Origin: Octopus vulgaris
Taxonomy: Eukaryota
DNA: 64,000 nucleotides
Assembly: GCA_951406725.2 (NCBI GenBank)
Contig: OX597815.1
Coordinates: 168,268,001-168,332,000 of the forward strand
Reading direction: 5' to 3'
The position numbers and the translations under genes are program-made. A model generated the notes under the pieces. It did not search any database and was not told the origin of the DNA. It saw only the letters and a program-made list of their open reading frames with translations. Below are positions 26,474-40,943 of the stretch, in pieces; within the stretch, counting starts at the first letter, position 1, and every line of letters begins with the position of its first letter.

Positions 26474-26959
26474 GTAAGGTTAAACATCAATCTTTCGCTC
26501 TTTCGACCAGACTATCGGATGTTCTTATACACCGCTGGTCACAATGCACTTCCTCGCATTGTTGTAGCTTTCGAGTGATGCCATTCTGCTGGCTAAGCGG
26601 ATGGACCAATATTCACCTTGAACAAAATGCGATTTTGCAGCTGAGTGGACTGGAGCAACGTGAAATAAAGTGTTTTGCACAAGAACACAACGCACCACCA
26701 GTCTGAGAATCGAAACCACGATCTCGAGATCGTGAGTCCAACACCCTAACCACAAGGCCACGAGCTTAATAGTTAAACATAAGATCCGTATATTCCGAGA
26801 ATCATCAGAAGCACCACTGAACGCATTTACTTTTCATACAGTAATTCATAGATTTATTTGAGGTTTAACTCGTTGCTTCTTTCAAGCTGACAGTATATAT
26901 TTCATCTCAGCATTGTAATATGAGACGATCATCAATTATATTGTGTCACTGCTCCTACT

Positions 26960-27222
26960 GCAAAGGGACCAGAATTTGGCCGGGTAAAGACAATGGCGAT
27001 CCGTATAATAATTCCGCGGCAGATAATCCCAAGTCCTCTTTCACGAAGGAGCGACAACCTAAAAGAACGAGAGGCAAGTACTCGCTCCACCTTTGAGGAT
27101 CAGAGTATGCGCGGAAAGATGCTTTTTATTGTCTGTGAAAGCGTTCGACTATATCGTTCGAAGCTGGGTGGCAGCTAGTCGTACAGCTATGGCGAACTCC
27201 CAGGATAGCAGAAAGTTGGTTG
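26960..27222 (-). mobile_element. Gypsy integrase fragment, same family as 35940-39040
   Basis: Near-identical to 36413-36672. Confidence 0.8.
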
Positions 27223-27376
27223 ATATGAGATCACCATGTCGCGCACATATGGTTGTGATGCATGTGCCTAGTGTACTCTTATCAGCCGGGTAGTCATGAT
27301 GGGTATACTGGGCTTCGTATATTTTACCCCAGTGTCACTTTGATGGCACTTTGATGGCACTTTGAGTCTCTTACTC

Positions 27377-27429
<53 letters not shown>

Positions 27430-27874
27430 CTCTTCCTTATTCCGACGGTGGTTACTGCATAAGCTGAAAGTAATAGAAATCCCTCCCTTCATATATCTGA
27501 AGGAAAATACATTACTTTTCCCCCAGTTACACGACGAGTTGTTAGAACGCAAGAACACTCAAATTCAAATTGGTTAATAGATTCCCAAATTCTGTTGCAG
27601 CCAAACGTGTGTGCGCTCTACCTGAGGCGTCCCTTGTCTTTGCCGCCCTGTCTTCAGGCCTTCAAGCTTATACAGGCTTATATAGAAAACCCCAAATTGC
27701 CGACCCCATAAAAGCGTCGCCTGAAAAGCGAACCTCTTCCACCCCAACTACTCTATTGGTGGATGTGTGTGAGAGAGAGAGAGAGTGTGTGTGTGTGTGT
27801 GTGTGTGCATGTGTGTGTGTTTGTGTGTGTATGTGCATGTGTGTGTATGTATGTGCATGTGTGTGCGTGCGTGC

Positions 27875-27922
<48 letters not shown>

Positions 27923-28046
27923 GCGTGAGTGCGTGCGTTATTGATAGATTGATGGATGAGTAAATGGATGGGCGGACAAATCTAAAAGAAAATCGGAATC
28001 TTCAAATGATGTATGCTGACATTTTTTTTTTCGATATCTTTCACAG

Positions 28047-28288
28047 AGGTTCGCGGACTACGAGATTCAAAACAAGTTGACCGTCTCCAAGACCAAGCTC
28101 AGTTAATGTTAAGTGACTACACTTCAAGACATCATTCTTCCATGCAGCCTCGCTTTGGCAAATTATTACTGCTGCTCCCTAGCATAAGGATGATAAACCC
28201 ACGTTCCTTAGAAGAGTTATTCTTTCGTAGAATGATCGGTAATATACCGATCGAGCGGCTCTTGTGTGACATGTTCAAGTCGAGTTAA
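28047..28288 (+). CDS. NR2E6: NR2E receptor terminal exon (AF-2)
   Basis: EVRGLRD..QVDRLQDQAQLML...RFGKLLLLLP...IGNIPIERLLCDMFKSS*; tcacag|AG. Confidence 0.93.
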
Positions 28289-30785
28289 GGAATTAGTTGA
28301 TATACGTAGGAATCCTTGACAATGTCGTTGTTTATAGAATTTTTGTTTTGTTTTGTTTTTTACATTGCAGAATGGGGCCGTTTTCAAATAACAATTGAAA
28401 CTCTTTCTGCTCTACCAGAATTTTCAGTCGAACAAAAACAATTTGAATTCAAAGACAGAAAATATAAAACATTTTTTAACTGTTTTACTATTTGGAATTG
28501 AAAATTTTTCAAATAAAAACATTTTTATTTCCTTTGTTTAATGTACAAAACATCTTCAAATATAACTTCAGATTATGAATAATTTAACTTATGAAAATTA
28601 TTAAAGAATATACTGTAATAAAATCATTTTAAGAAAGATCAAATAAATTGACATTAATTGAAAGAGGAAATAATTCTGAATAAACGTTAGACCTAATTTG
28701 AAAACGGCCTTTTCTAAATTACCTTTTTTTGTTTTCCATTATCCTTTCTTTCAATAAACATTACTGTTCAGTGTATATTTATGTTGAGCCTTAAATTACG
28801 TGAGAAAGATTACGAAACATAACTAGGTTGAGACGCTGTTATCCCTTTAACTGTGAAATTAAATTTCATGGTTATTCCAGTAATGATATTAAATGTCTAC
28901 CAAAAAATTGAATTGGTATTTTCTGCAAGTTACGTTGTCTCAATAAATTTGACACATTTCGACCAAACAAAAATAGTTTCAAACATGACATTCATCATCA
29001 AAAGATTGATAGGTATATAAAACTGCTTTCTGCAGGTAAGGATAATGAAATTTTGTGTGGCTATATCTGATTTCCATTGTAAAAGGATAAATGATTTTCA
29101 GACAAGCAACCGAAAGATTAAAACAGTTAACTGATTCCATCAACGTCTGAAAGTTGAATCATTAGTTTAATTTGTCTCTCACTTTGGTGATATCAGAAAC
29201 TAGTGATTTGGACCCAAATAAAAGAATCATAAATCAAATAAGGAAGTGAATGTACAGGGTTTGGGAATGCTTCGATAATCTTAAACAGATACTATATATG
29301 GATTTCTTTTCAACAAACAGTAAATAGAGTGTTCGGCTTTAAATGCATTTTCTTGAGGAGACCCTCGGGATAAGTGTAATGACTACGTTTGAAAATCTAA
29401 ACTGAGCCACCATCTCACAAGGGTTTTCTTATTTCCATTAAAGCATTAACCGGACAACAGAGATAATTTATATATTTTTTCTAATATAGACCAGGAATTT
29501 TAGTGGAAAGTAGTTAGTCGTTTACATCGACCCCACCTCTCCGCCCTGTGTTCATCTGGTACTCATTTTATCGGCCCCGAAAGGATAAAATGCAAAGCCG
29601 ATCTTGACGGTAACTGAACTCAGAAAGTAAAACTGGAAGAAATGTCATTGAGCATTTTACCCCAGCGTGCTGCCCTGCAGACATAAATTATGATACTTTC
29701 AAATTCTGACTAAAGGGCTGGGTAAGTCGGTTACATCGACATCAGTGTTCAACTGATACTTATTTTATTGACCCCTAGAGAATAAGATATAAAGTCGCCT
29801 TCGGCAGATACTGAACTCAGAACGTAAAGCCAGAAAAAATACCGCTGAGCATATTGTCCGGCGTTTTGACGAGTCTGCTAGCTCACTGTCCTATAAAGAT
29901 AAATAATAATGATTTCTTTTTAATAAGGCACAAAACACTCATAGTTTAGGGTGAAGGAAAAGGAGAGGGATATTGATATATTATCCTAAGGACAACTGAC
30001 ATCAATATTGAGCGTGAAGCGATTGTTCATTGGCGTTTGTCAGTTTCAGATAACAAAAATTGATGTCATCCATGAGTACAATTTGAAGAAAGAAAAATAT
30101 TCGATGATATCGACATTAATACTTCACGTGAATTTATTTTATCGACTTCGGAAGAATATAATTAAAGATAGCCTTGATATAAAATTACATAAGAGTACCT
30201 CTTTTTTACACTTTCTGATAACTAAAGGAAATACACGGAAAAATACTCGATATCACGTCTACATATAGCCTCTTTTTGTTTTAGACGATGTATCATTCCA
30301 TAACCAAAAACTGTGAATATGTTGGAATGCTTCATTATTTTTAATTTAACTGATTAGATATGCAGTTGACGGCGGAGATTTTACGCCACACAACTGATTA
30401 TGGTCTTTTAGAATTATACCGGATATTTTGAACAAATATCTGTTAGAATCATAGACCTTTACTCAATAGTTGATACCAATAAAAAAGAAAGCAAGTAATA
30501 TGTAATGGGTTTGCTACATTTCTTCAAGTGATTAAATAAAAAAAGACATACCTAACTGTTAAATATATTTTAAACTGTTGGTATTTGATTAAAAAAGATA
30601 AGCACTGCGCTTGTAGATATACGTATGAAAGAAGGGTGCATATGTGTGTGTGCGTGCATATATATATATATATAAATTTAAATAACAAGGGTGGAAAATT
30701 GAATATTAATTTGATTAATATCAATTTGATACCAGTGGCCTAGCATATTGAAAAATCTGAAGATTAAGAAAAATTATATTACATA

Positions 30786-30910
30786 CATATAAGGGGAATG
30801 ACCACTAAGTGGACATCCATTATGCTAGAGGTAGATCCTATATGGTCTATCCATATGGAGTCTACCTCTAGCATAATGGATGTTCACTTAGTAGTCATCC
30901 CTCTTATATG
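30786..30910. repeat. ~125-bp near-perfect palindrome (MITE-like or hairpin)
   Basis: catataaggggaatgaccactaagtggacatccattatgctagaggtaga / tctacctctagcataatggatgttcacttagtagtcatccctcttatatg. Confidence 0.85.
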
Positions 30911-30914
30911 TATG

Positions 30915-31014
<100 letters not shown>

Positions 31015-31629
31015 TGCATATATGTGTGTGTTTACATACATACATACATACATACAAGCAGGTAAGTGTACAAATGAGCAAAAAAAGCGCTCAGCACTCA
31101 TTGTGAAAGATAGATGTACGTATAAGCAGACTGACTTTCTCAAGCATTACTTAAAGTTTCATGGATGTACATCTGAGTTATCAGATGCTGCGAGAAAGAA
31201 ATGATGAAAGAAATTACCTTCCGAGAAAGAATATTTGCCTACCCTCACCCTTCGATTCAGGTCACATGGAGTTGACAGGTCAGCGGTAACAGATCTTCGT
31301 GTTTGTTGCTCCAAGTGGCAGAACGGAGAGTCTAGCGTCACCTAAGGGAGATAACTGGTTAAACCTCCAACGGTAATTTATTCTTTGTTTACAAATTAAC
31401 ATACCGTAACGGTTTTCTGCTTCCGGTTTGAAGAAAGATTATATGCCCTCCGCCATTAAAATCTGACTAGTCCATAAAGCTAAGCGCTTTGTGTATGCGA
31501 AACCGTTGGTCGCTCTACGACCGGACATATATCTAACTGCATGTAAATATATTACTGCTCTATACCTTGGAGTGTGCTTCTTTTTCGGATATATGATCCA
31601 CTGACGATATATATATATATATTCCACAC

Positions 31630-34265
31630 GGGTAGAAATATAGGAAAAATCGAAGCTGAAAAGGCACAGAGAATAGTTTAAATATTTTATTTTATATTTG
31701 AAGCTTTAACCGGTTTCACAATTTACACTGATTTTCAAAAAGTTCAAAAGAAAGACGTTTATGTCGCAGTTGTCTTGCTTCTGATTAGTGTTTGAAGTTT
31801 ACCCTGTTTTTATAGGGAGTTCATGGCTCAAATTCGTATATGTTTTGAATAGGATTTGATTGGTAGAGGTTAGTCAAATGACTGATCTTAGAAATTTTCA
31901 TAGGTTCTCTGCTGCGTCCGTGTGTTAGTATCAAGTGACACTGTTTGACGTCGTAAGTTAAAACTGACACAGTTGACTGAACAAGTCTAAACAATAAATG
32001 CTCTGAATGTTTTCTGTCAAGTATTTGTAGAGAATGGATACATGATTAAGTTTATAATATTTTGTACGTTTCCCACTACGTCCGTGCGTTAGTGTCACGT
32101 GACAGTATATTTTGCGCATAAAACGAAGGCCGACACAGTTGAGTAAACATGTTTAGGTACTCCAAATTTAATCTGTCTGGTGGGGAAGTAGGCACGAGCT
32201 GTTTGTATGTAGTCCAATGGTTAAGATTTAGGTTGTTAGCTGTATAGCTTCCTCATGATAAGTGGCAGAATGAATTTTGTGTGTGAATTTGTGTATGTAC
32301 TCTTTTGAAGTTTGTTAAGTCTTGGTTTGTACTTCTGTATGAAAGTATTTTCTTTGTTTATCCGTGTTTCATCTGTGATATTCACTGAACATAGGTAGGG
32401 TGAGAAGACCCGGAATTTGGGGAACTTAGTTTTTTGTACATATGTTTATGTGATCACTCAGTGGAATCTGTCTAGTACTGGGGTCGCGTATTTGTTGTGG
32501 GCGAATGGTTGGTCTATTTCTTAGGGTAAGCTTTGTTTGACCTATGTAATCTTCATTACATCCTTGACATTTGATAGCGTACTTTAAATTCCTTAAAGGA
32601 CATGTAAAGTGATTTTTTAAGGTAGAAGTCTGTCCTAATTTGAATTTGTTTATTTTGTCTTCAATAAGGTTGATGCAGGACCCGCAATTGGGGCAACCAC
32701 ACTTTTTTATTATTGGTGTAGGAATTGTGGAAGGTAATTTAGCACTTGTGCGGGATTTTTTGAGGGACTTTGTCTTTTACTTTTGAATATTTTATGTATT
32801 TCAAATTCTTGTTTCATTCTTGGGTCTTGTTTTAGTAGTGGGATGTTCTGGTGGATAATATCGTAAACCTCTGTGTTTCTTGGGTTGTGTGTTGTAATAA
32901 AGGGTAGATTATTGAATGTATCTGGAGCTAAATTCTTCGATATTTATTGCTTTGGCACGTTCTGTTTCTGTTGTCTATTGGAATTAATGGATAGTGTCTT
33001 TTAAGTAGTACTTGTTTTAGTTCCTGGAGTCTTTTATTGCGAGTTTCAGGGTTTGAGACAATTGTGCAGATTCTTCTTGCCAGATTAGAGGGGATGTTAT
33101 TTTTCGTGTGTCAGGGGTGGCGTGAGGAGAATAGTAAGTATCGTTTAGAATCTGTTTCTTAGTAGTGAATATCTGCTTCGGTGATTTTATCTCTTTTGAG
33201 GATTAGTATATTCAGGAATGGTAGTTGAGTTTTACTGCATTCCCTGGTAAAGTTGATATTATTGTTTATGCCGTTGATTAGATTTTTGAAATCTATAAGT
33301 TGTTCAAATGTATACGTCTATAGGATTAGGCAGTCATCTCAGCAACGGTTCCAGTTTTCTAGTAGATATTTGTGGAAGTTCAAGCCATATGTTGATTTAG
33401 ATTCTCCATATATCTGAACCACCATGTATGCCAGGACTAGGCTGGCGTACGTCGGAGCAACTTTTGTACCCATCGCAGTCCCAGATATTTGTTTGTAAAT
33501 ATTACCATCGAAGTCAAAAAAGTTGTTTTCGAGGATAAACTTTAAATCCTTTAGTGATGAAACTCTTTTCAGTTCTGTCCGGAATTTCATGAGGGAATTT
33601 CTCAAGCCAGAAATTTATTACCTCTAGTCCATATTGGTGTGGGATTGTGATATATAGGTTTTTTGGGGTGCTTTAAACAGGTCCAGATCGTCCCTCACAA
33701 GACTTGGTATGTATTTTAAAATAGGTTTCAGTAATATGTCTAAAAAGTTGGTCAGTCTGTGTGTTTCACAGTTCGGGCCTGCTACGATTGGTCTAAATTT
33801 AAGGTTGGTGGGATATTGCATGTTTATGCAACTTGAAGTTGGTTCTTTACATGCATTCTTAATAGTTTAGTTCTTATGGATTTTTGAGAGACCGTAGAAG
33901 TAGCTAGTCTTGCAATCAAAATGGGTTAGGTAGTCACATCCTTTGTTTGTTAAACCTTTTTGATCTCTGTGAATGAGTGTGTTTAGTTTAGTCAATGTCT
34001 TTGATTTTTGGTAATTATTTACCTGTTCGTAGTGTGTCATATCTTGTAACATAGGTAGTTCATCTCTTTTGTGGTGTTTTCCCTATAAAAACAGGGCAAA
34101 CTTCAAACACTAGTCAGAAGTAAGTCAGCTGCGACATAAGCCACGTCTTTCTATTTGAACTTTTTGAAAATCAGTGTAAACTGAAACCGGTTAACGCTTC
34201 AAATATATCAATGAAAAATATTTTAACTATTCTCAGTGCATTTTCAACTTCTATTTTTCATATGT
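31630..34265 (-). mobile_element. Decayed, 5'-truncated Penelope-like element (Neptune-like) with inverted pseudo-LTR
   Basis: KIHK, FRPIVAG, GTAMGTKVAPTYA, a Cys-rich linker and DYIGQT GIY-YIG remnant; 34081-34260 is an inverted copy of ~31640-31818. Confidence 0.85.
34157..34200 (+). ncRNA. Decayed hammerhead in the pseudo-LTR (mirror copy on - strand at ~31700-31746)
   Basis: gaacttt-ttgaaaa-tcagt(gtaa)act-GAAA-ccgg-TT-aacgcttc; the CTGAAGA core is mutated. Confidence 0.5.
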
Positions 34266-34329
34266 ATATATATATCCAAATTCGAATTCCTTAACGACAA
34301 TTTAACCTTCATTTAACTAAAATATCTTC

Positions 34330-34412
34330 GGTCTGATGAGTAGCTAGTGGAGTATCCCGCGTTGAGTAATTGTTATTTCTGAGTATCTGCTAGCTAGGAG
34401 ACATATGTAGCC
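34330..34412 (+). ncRNA. Hammerhead-like motif with long stem II and two substitutions
   Basis: ggt-CTGATGA-g-tagctagtgga...tctgctagcta-g-GAGA-catatg-TA-gcc; palindromic stem III. Confidence 0.55.
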
Positions 34413-34658
34413 TGGATTTTACCTGCTTCATTCCCTCAGTTGGGATTTTTATTCGTATTCATAGCAACCCTAGATGCTAACCGGGAACTATAAAAAACAC
34501 TTTTTTCAGCTTATCGAAATGCGGTATGAGAAAAGCCTACAACCTTTTTACGCCAATAAACTATTATTGTTCCTGAAAGTTGTTCTTTATACCTACCACG
34601 GACTGCTTGAAGCTTACTAACTTCCGACACCTAGATCCTTGAATCTTATAATTACATA

Positions 34659-34728
<70 letters not shown>

Positions 34729-35939
34729 AGTTAAGAGATCAGCAACAACAAATTGAGGTATATGCCTTCTGCCACTGTTCCTCGTGATGACATTAAATGT
34801 TTGTGTGCTGTGTGGCTGTTTTCGTTGCTGAGTATAAACATGGTATTCAGTATTGATGATCGGTACAAGAGGATTAATCTCACTATGAGTAAGCAGAGGT
34901 TGCTACTCTGAATTTGCATGTGGAGAAGATAAGGTTAAGATGATCGGTCTTTCTATGGTATCAGCGGCTAGTTGTTTGAAGTTAATTAACAAAGCTACTA
35001 TCAGCTGTAACATCATTTACAGCTTCTTACAGAATATGAGTTGGCAATTATGGGTTCCAAGTGAATAAGGAGTTGCCATGTTAAGTATTTTCCATGTAGT
35101 CATGGGTATGCCATTGCCTTATCTCAGAGTCACGAGATGAACTAGGACAAGGAGGCGTATTTTCCCAATCTCTGCTTCTGAATATAACTGTTTTCAGTCA
35201 TATTTTTTTCTTTTCCTAGAAATATTCGTCACATTATTCCCGTGACCTTTTAGTGAAGAGTAAACATGAATCCCGTGTTCTTGTTTGTGTTAAAGTGCAT
35301 GTACTCGTGTGACAAACAACATCGAGTCAAAGTTAAACAAGCTTTTATAACAGTGTTCATACAAAAGTGGATGTGAATAAATAATTGTACAAACGTGGTT
35401 ACATCTTATGCGATTGACGCTGAAACAGAAGAGAGTAAGAAGAGCGCCTGCTACATAATGCGGCAGCAGTAATGGCCAAAGGCAAAACTAGCTAGCAGTC
35501 CTCGCTGGCTTTGTCCATTGACAAGTCAAACTGCCCGCGGGCCGAGAGCGGCGGGTTTTTATGCCTCCCTAGCAGAAGTGCCATCGTGGAGCCACCTAAC
35601 GACGACACAATGAGGGAGCATAATTCCGCCCTGTTCATTTTAGCGCTTACGGTCCTTGCTACACTACTCCCCACGACTATAAGTCTAAAAAGAGGTATGT
35701 CGTAGCGAAGGGCCAACCTAGGGAACAAAACAGAGGGAAAGGCATGCACAAAATGGAAGAAAAAAAAACAGTTCCAGCAGTGAAAAGAGAAAATAAAACA
35801 TGCAAAAATTAACACAGTAGTTCCAAAATACAGCATGTACCACGTAAAAAAAATATCAAAAATGTGGAAAAAGTCAAAACGTACTAAAATGTTGAAATAA
35901 AATGCGTGGAAAATGCCAAGATGTGTAAAAGTCAGAGGA

Positions 35940-38900
35940 CGGTATATATAGTCTTACACAATTTTTTGGCCAGTGTACTCGACGCCCAGCCCGGGTAATC
36001 GTGACATGTGACGGTGGAGCGGGAGATACATGCTTGTGTGATGGTGGTGTTTGCGTGAGTACGGTGTTTGCAGATATCAGAGATGGAAAGTGGATGGGGA
36101 TATTTGGTTCTGGAGTAAGAGCTTCAGAAAAAAACTTGCTTCACCCTATCATTTGAAACAATCTGTTTAGATCCATTAATGTCTATGGAAAGCACTTTTG
36201 ACGTTCTTTCCCAGGACACGATAAGGTCTCTTATAGGGTTGAGTAAGAGGACCTCTCACAAAATCGTCCCTGGAGAAACGTGGGCCCATTTATCAATTTT
36301 CGCTGGAACACCAGCAGGCACAGTTTGAAGTCTAGAAGACATCGGTGGAAGGTCAGAGAAATAGGTTTGCAGGCGATGAACGTAGGTAGCTGAATCTTGT
36401 GCTGAAATATCCACAGGGACCAGAATTTGGCCGAGTAAAGACAGTGGCGATCCATATGAGAATTCCGCGGCAGACAATCCCAAATCCTCTTTCACGAAGG
36501 AGCGACAACCTAAAAGAACGAGGGGAAGGTACTCGCTCCACCTTTGAGGATCAGAGTATGCGAGGAAAGATGCTTTTTATTGTTGTGAAAGCGTTCGACT
36601 ATACCGTTCGAAGCTGGGTGGCAGCTAGTCGTACAACTATGGCGAACTCCCAGGATAGCAGAAAGTTGGTTGAACAGCCGTGATTCAAACTGACTTCCAC
36701 GATCCGTCGTAATGCGTAACGGAACACCAAAGCGGGAAATCCAACCTGAGATAAGGTCTTGTGCCACGGATTCAGCACTTATGTTGATAAGTGGAATGGC
36801 TTCAGGCCAACGCGAAAACCGATCAGATAATGATGTATGTGAACCCGCGGCTAGGTGGTTAAAGCCCAACTAAATCGCTATGTATACGTCGGAAGCGGGC
36901 GTCTGGGTACTGACACGAACCAAGAGGTGCATGAACATGGCGATGAACCTTAGAACATTGACACTGAAGGCATGTGCGTGCCCATTCGGTGATTTGATGT
37001 CTCATATTTGGCCAAAAGATAAAACGAGCAGAAATAAGCTTCACAGAAGCTGTTACACCAGGATATGATAAGGTATGCAGGGCGTTGAAGACAGTGCGAC
37101 GATGAGACCCTGGTACGAGTGGACGGGATGAACCAGTAGATGTATCACACAATATCTTTCAGTCTGAAGCTGGTAATGGCAAATACTTGAAATGGCATGT
37201 TGCGAATTCTTCAGATGTAACATCCAAAGACGATAGTAGTGGTTGGTCAGCTGCCAAGGCAATCAAATCTATCATAGAAGCAGACGACAGTGGACAGGTA
37301 AGCGGGATAAAGCATCAGCAACAATATTACGGGAACCGGAGATATGCTGAATATCGCAAGAAAACTGCGATACATAATCAAGATGTCAAATTTCTCTCGG
37401 CGAATACTTGTCCGGCTTGGCAAAAAGAGCAAAGATAAGGGGTTTGAGGTTTGTGAATATTGTAAACTCCCTTCCTTCCAGGAAATGACAAAAATGCTTT
37501 ATTGCAAGATAAACAGCGAGTAATTCTCTTCCAAATGTGCTATAGTGCGTCTCCGTGGGATTGAGCTGATGGGAATAAAATGCTAGCGGTTGCAGAATTT
37601 CTTAGCCAGCTTGCTATAATACTGCGCCCACAGATGCATCCGATGCATCTACTACAAGCGAGAGCTTTGCATCGAATTTGGGGTAAACTAACATTGAAAC
37701 GTTAGCCAGGGCCTGTTTGACAGTCTGAAAATCAGCAACGAGGAACGGTGAAAGGGAGATAATTTCATTCTTCTTACGATCATTCAGTAATGTTAACTCA
37801 ATTATTCTGCACAATTTGGGATGAATCAACGATAAGAATTGACCAAACTGAGGAAATGACGAAGCTGCCTTAAGAGAAGATGAAGGAGGCAGTTTCTGAA
37901 TTGCCTGTACCTTCTCTGGGAGACGACGAATTCCATCACGATTGATAATGTGGCCTAAAAATTCCAGCGAATGTAGAACCAAATACACACGTCATCGAGT
38001 TGATTTTAACTCGATAATCGCGTAGACGCTGAAAAAGGAGCGTTAGTTGATGAACATGCTCTTCCTTCGTAGAACTGGCGATGAGTAAGTTGTCAATGTA
38101 GGCATAGACGAAGTCGAGACCACGAATTACCTCGTCTATAAACCTTTGAAAGGTGCTAGCTGCGTTCTGTAACCCTAAATGCATTGAAAGGAATTCAAAC
38201 GAACCAAAAGGAGTAGTAACGGCAATCTTTGGTATATCGTGTGAATTTAAAGGAATCTGGCGATACGCCCGGACGAGATCGACCTTAGAAAAAACAGTAC
38301 TACTGTGCAAGGTAGAAGAAAGTGGAAGGTGTGGAATAGGGTATCTGTCCGGGGTCGTACTAGCCTTTAATCTTCGATAATCCCCAACTGGACGGAAATC
38401 AGTATTTCTTTTGGGGACTAAATGGAGAGGGGAGACCAGGGGCTAGTAGAAGGACGAATAAGCCCCAGTTGGAGCATGTAATCGAATTCCACTTTTGCGG
38501 CCTTGAGTTTATCAGGAATAAGACAGCGAGCACGAGCAAACACTAGTGGACCATTGGTGTCGATGTAATGTCTCGCTGAATAAGTTCCAGGAAAGAGTTG
38601 AGAAGAGAATGGTATGTATCACCGGATACAACACTAAAAGATACCGGGCTTACAACAGGAGCGGACACTGGACTACCAGGAACCGATAACTGCGTTGAGC
38701 TATCCAGCTATCCAACAAACGCTGTTGGCGAACATCCACCAACAGCGAGAAGTGGTGGAGGAAATCTGTTACGAGAATAGGATAGGGTAGGTCCGTAATT
38801 ACGAAAACCCATTTCAAGTCCCTCCACAGAGCCAAATCCAAGGAGAGAGATATCTGCCCGAACGTATCGATAGGAGAATGGTTGACAGCTTGCAGAGAAA

Positions 38901-39040
38901 TCCGAGAGAAGACAGGCTTACCCGTCACGAACTTTACCAGCCAGATGCTACGTGAAGCGCAAGTGTCGACCATAAAATTCTTATGTGAGTTGCGGTCCAG
39001 CACAATAAATACATGATTAGCGGTAGCGGGAGCTGCTAAC
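35940..39040 (-). pseudogene. Decayed Ty3/Gypsy pol (protease-RT-RNaseH-integrase)
   Basis: FMVDTCAS, FSKVDLVRAY, YAYIDNLLIAS, VDASD, DRFSRWPEA, ITTDRGSQF, NGIVERF, TRAGRRVHWP; frameshifts. Confidence 0.9.
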
Positions 39041-40051
39041 GTGCTCAAGGGGCTATTGTAGAAGACACTTGCCCAAGATGCCCTACAGTGGTACTGACCC
39101 CAAGACCACATGGTTGGGAAGCAAGTTTCTTAACCACACAGCCATGCCATTTGTGTAGAAATGTTGGTGAAATTCTAAATTTTTTGTCTTTTATATAGGC
39201 GCAGGAGTGGCTATGTGGTAAGTAGCTTGCTAACCAACCACATGGTTCCGGGTTCAGTCCCACTGCGTGTCATCTTGGGCAAGTGTCTTCTACTATAGCC
39301 CCAGGCCGACCAAAGCCTTGTGAGTGGATTTGGTAGACGGAAACTGAAAGAAGCCTGTCGTTTGTCCCCCTAGCATTGCTTGACAACCGATGCTGGTATG
39401 TTTACGTCCCCGTCACTTAGCGGTTCGGCAAAAGAGACCAATAGAATAAGTACTGGGCTTATAAAGAATAAGTCCCGGGGTCAATTCGCTCGACTAAAGG
39501 CAGTGCTCCAGCATGGCCGCAGTCAAATGACTGAAACAAGTAAAAGAGTAAAAGAGAGTAAAAGAGAGTCAGAAGAAGAAACCTTGTTTTAGAGCTTCTA
39601 ACACTAGATGGTGGAAGGAAGGAAATTATCCTCAGTTCACAGACCTGGCCTGGATGTTTACAAAAATAGCAAACTCTGCTATAGGTACCTAAGAACCAGG
39701 AACTCATGTTAAACCAGCTAGCAGATTAAGTCTACTATCCAAGAACAGGAACAGTTCCTCTAATGGGCTTCCATAGTTTCTGTCTACCAAATTTCAAACA
39801 CAAGCCTTTGGTCAATCCAAAGGATATGGTTGAAGATACTTGCCCAAGGTGCTTGCAGAGAGATTGAACCCAATACCATATAAATGTGAAACAAAACTTC
39901 TCAACCACAAAACCATATAGTTAATCCTGTATATCTAACCAGTACATTAGCTTTTCCTCCGAAATATGAACCTATCTCTTTTTTTTATAATTTATAATTT
40001 TCTAAGTTGTTTTAAAACAAGTCGTGATACTCAGAGAAAACAATATTATAT

Positions 40052-40084
<33 letters not shown>

Positions 40085-40749
40085 AACTACTGCTGCTGCT
40101 GCTACTGCTTACAACTCACTGTCATATCATTTAGAGTTAGGTACTGCACTTTGTGGTAGTAAGAGGGTATGTTATAGAAACTAACCAAGTATAAAAATAC
40201 TTCTCTTACTGATTCATCTGACCAATGCAAGAGAAAATGTGAAATGAGAAAGGAAAAACACGGTATAAATTTTTCTTAGATATTCTGATGATAAAAGATT
40301 AACAGAAAATAATGAATGGCTGGAACAAAAGTATACTTCAATATCAAAGAAAATATTCTGACATAAGGAAAGTTGGACTTACTTTAATGTAAAATTTGAA
40401 TTAGACTATTTAAAATAATTTGAAGTTTCTCTGGTACATTAGCTGTTACTTTGGTTTGTTAGCATTTCTTCATTTTTTACAGAGTTATTACTTACTGGAA
40501 TGTTCCAAATAGTGTTAGAACAGCTCAATGTAGTAAGTTGTTAATATTCAATTTTTCTTCCAATAGCACTAATTATAAAGTTACAATTGTAATGGTAAAA
40601 TTTACATATAAATAGTTCTGACCAATTCTGGAATGTGAAGTGGGGTTCTTCAACACTATTGCCTGCTGGTTAAAAATTTGAGTCATTGAGTTCAGCTGAT
40701 AAAATTCTTAGCTGAATTAATAGAGTTTTATATTGAAGTTTTAAAAAGA

Positions 40750-40943
40750 ATTATTTGAAAAGATTAACTGGTATAGTTATTTTTAACATAAAATTTCCCA
40801 TTTGTATTCGTCTTGAAATTGTAGGCTTAAGAATTCTCAGAAAGGACTTACTGGGAGCTATAATAGTAGGGTTTGATGTTAAAAAAAAAAGAAAAACAAA
40901 GGAATGTTCTTAATTTTTCTTGATGGCAGACTTCTTTCAAGAT
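40750..40943 (+). repeat. Inverted partial duplicate of the BLVRA-like stop-codon region and 3' UTR
   Basis: Reverse complement aligns with 42183-42295 and 42472-42545. Confidence 0.75.

Noticed and set aside
40286-40315. CTGATGA...GAAA motif (also CTGATGA at ~10662 and CTGAAGA at ~8853)
   Set aside because: No stem II or stem I pairing; chance matches
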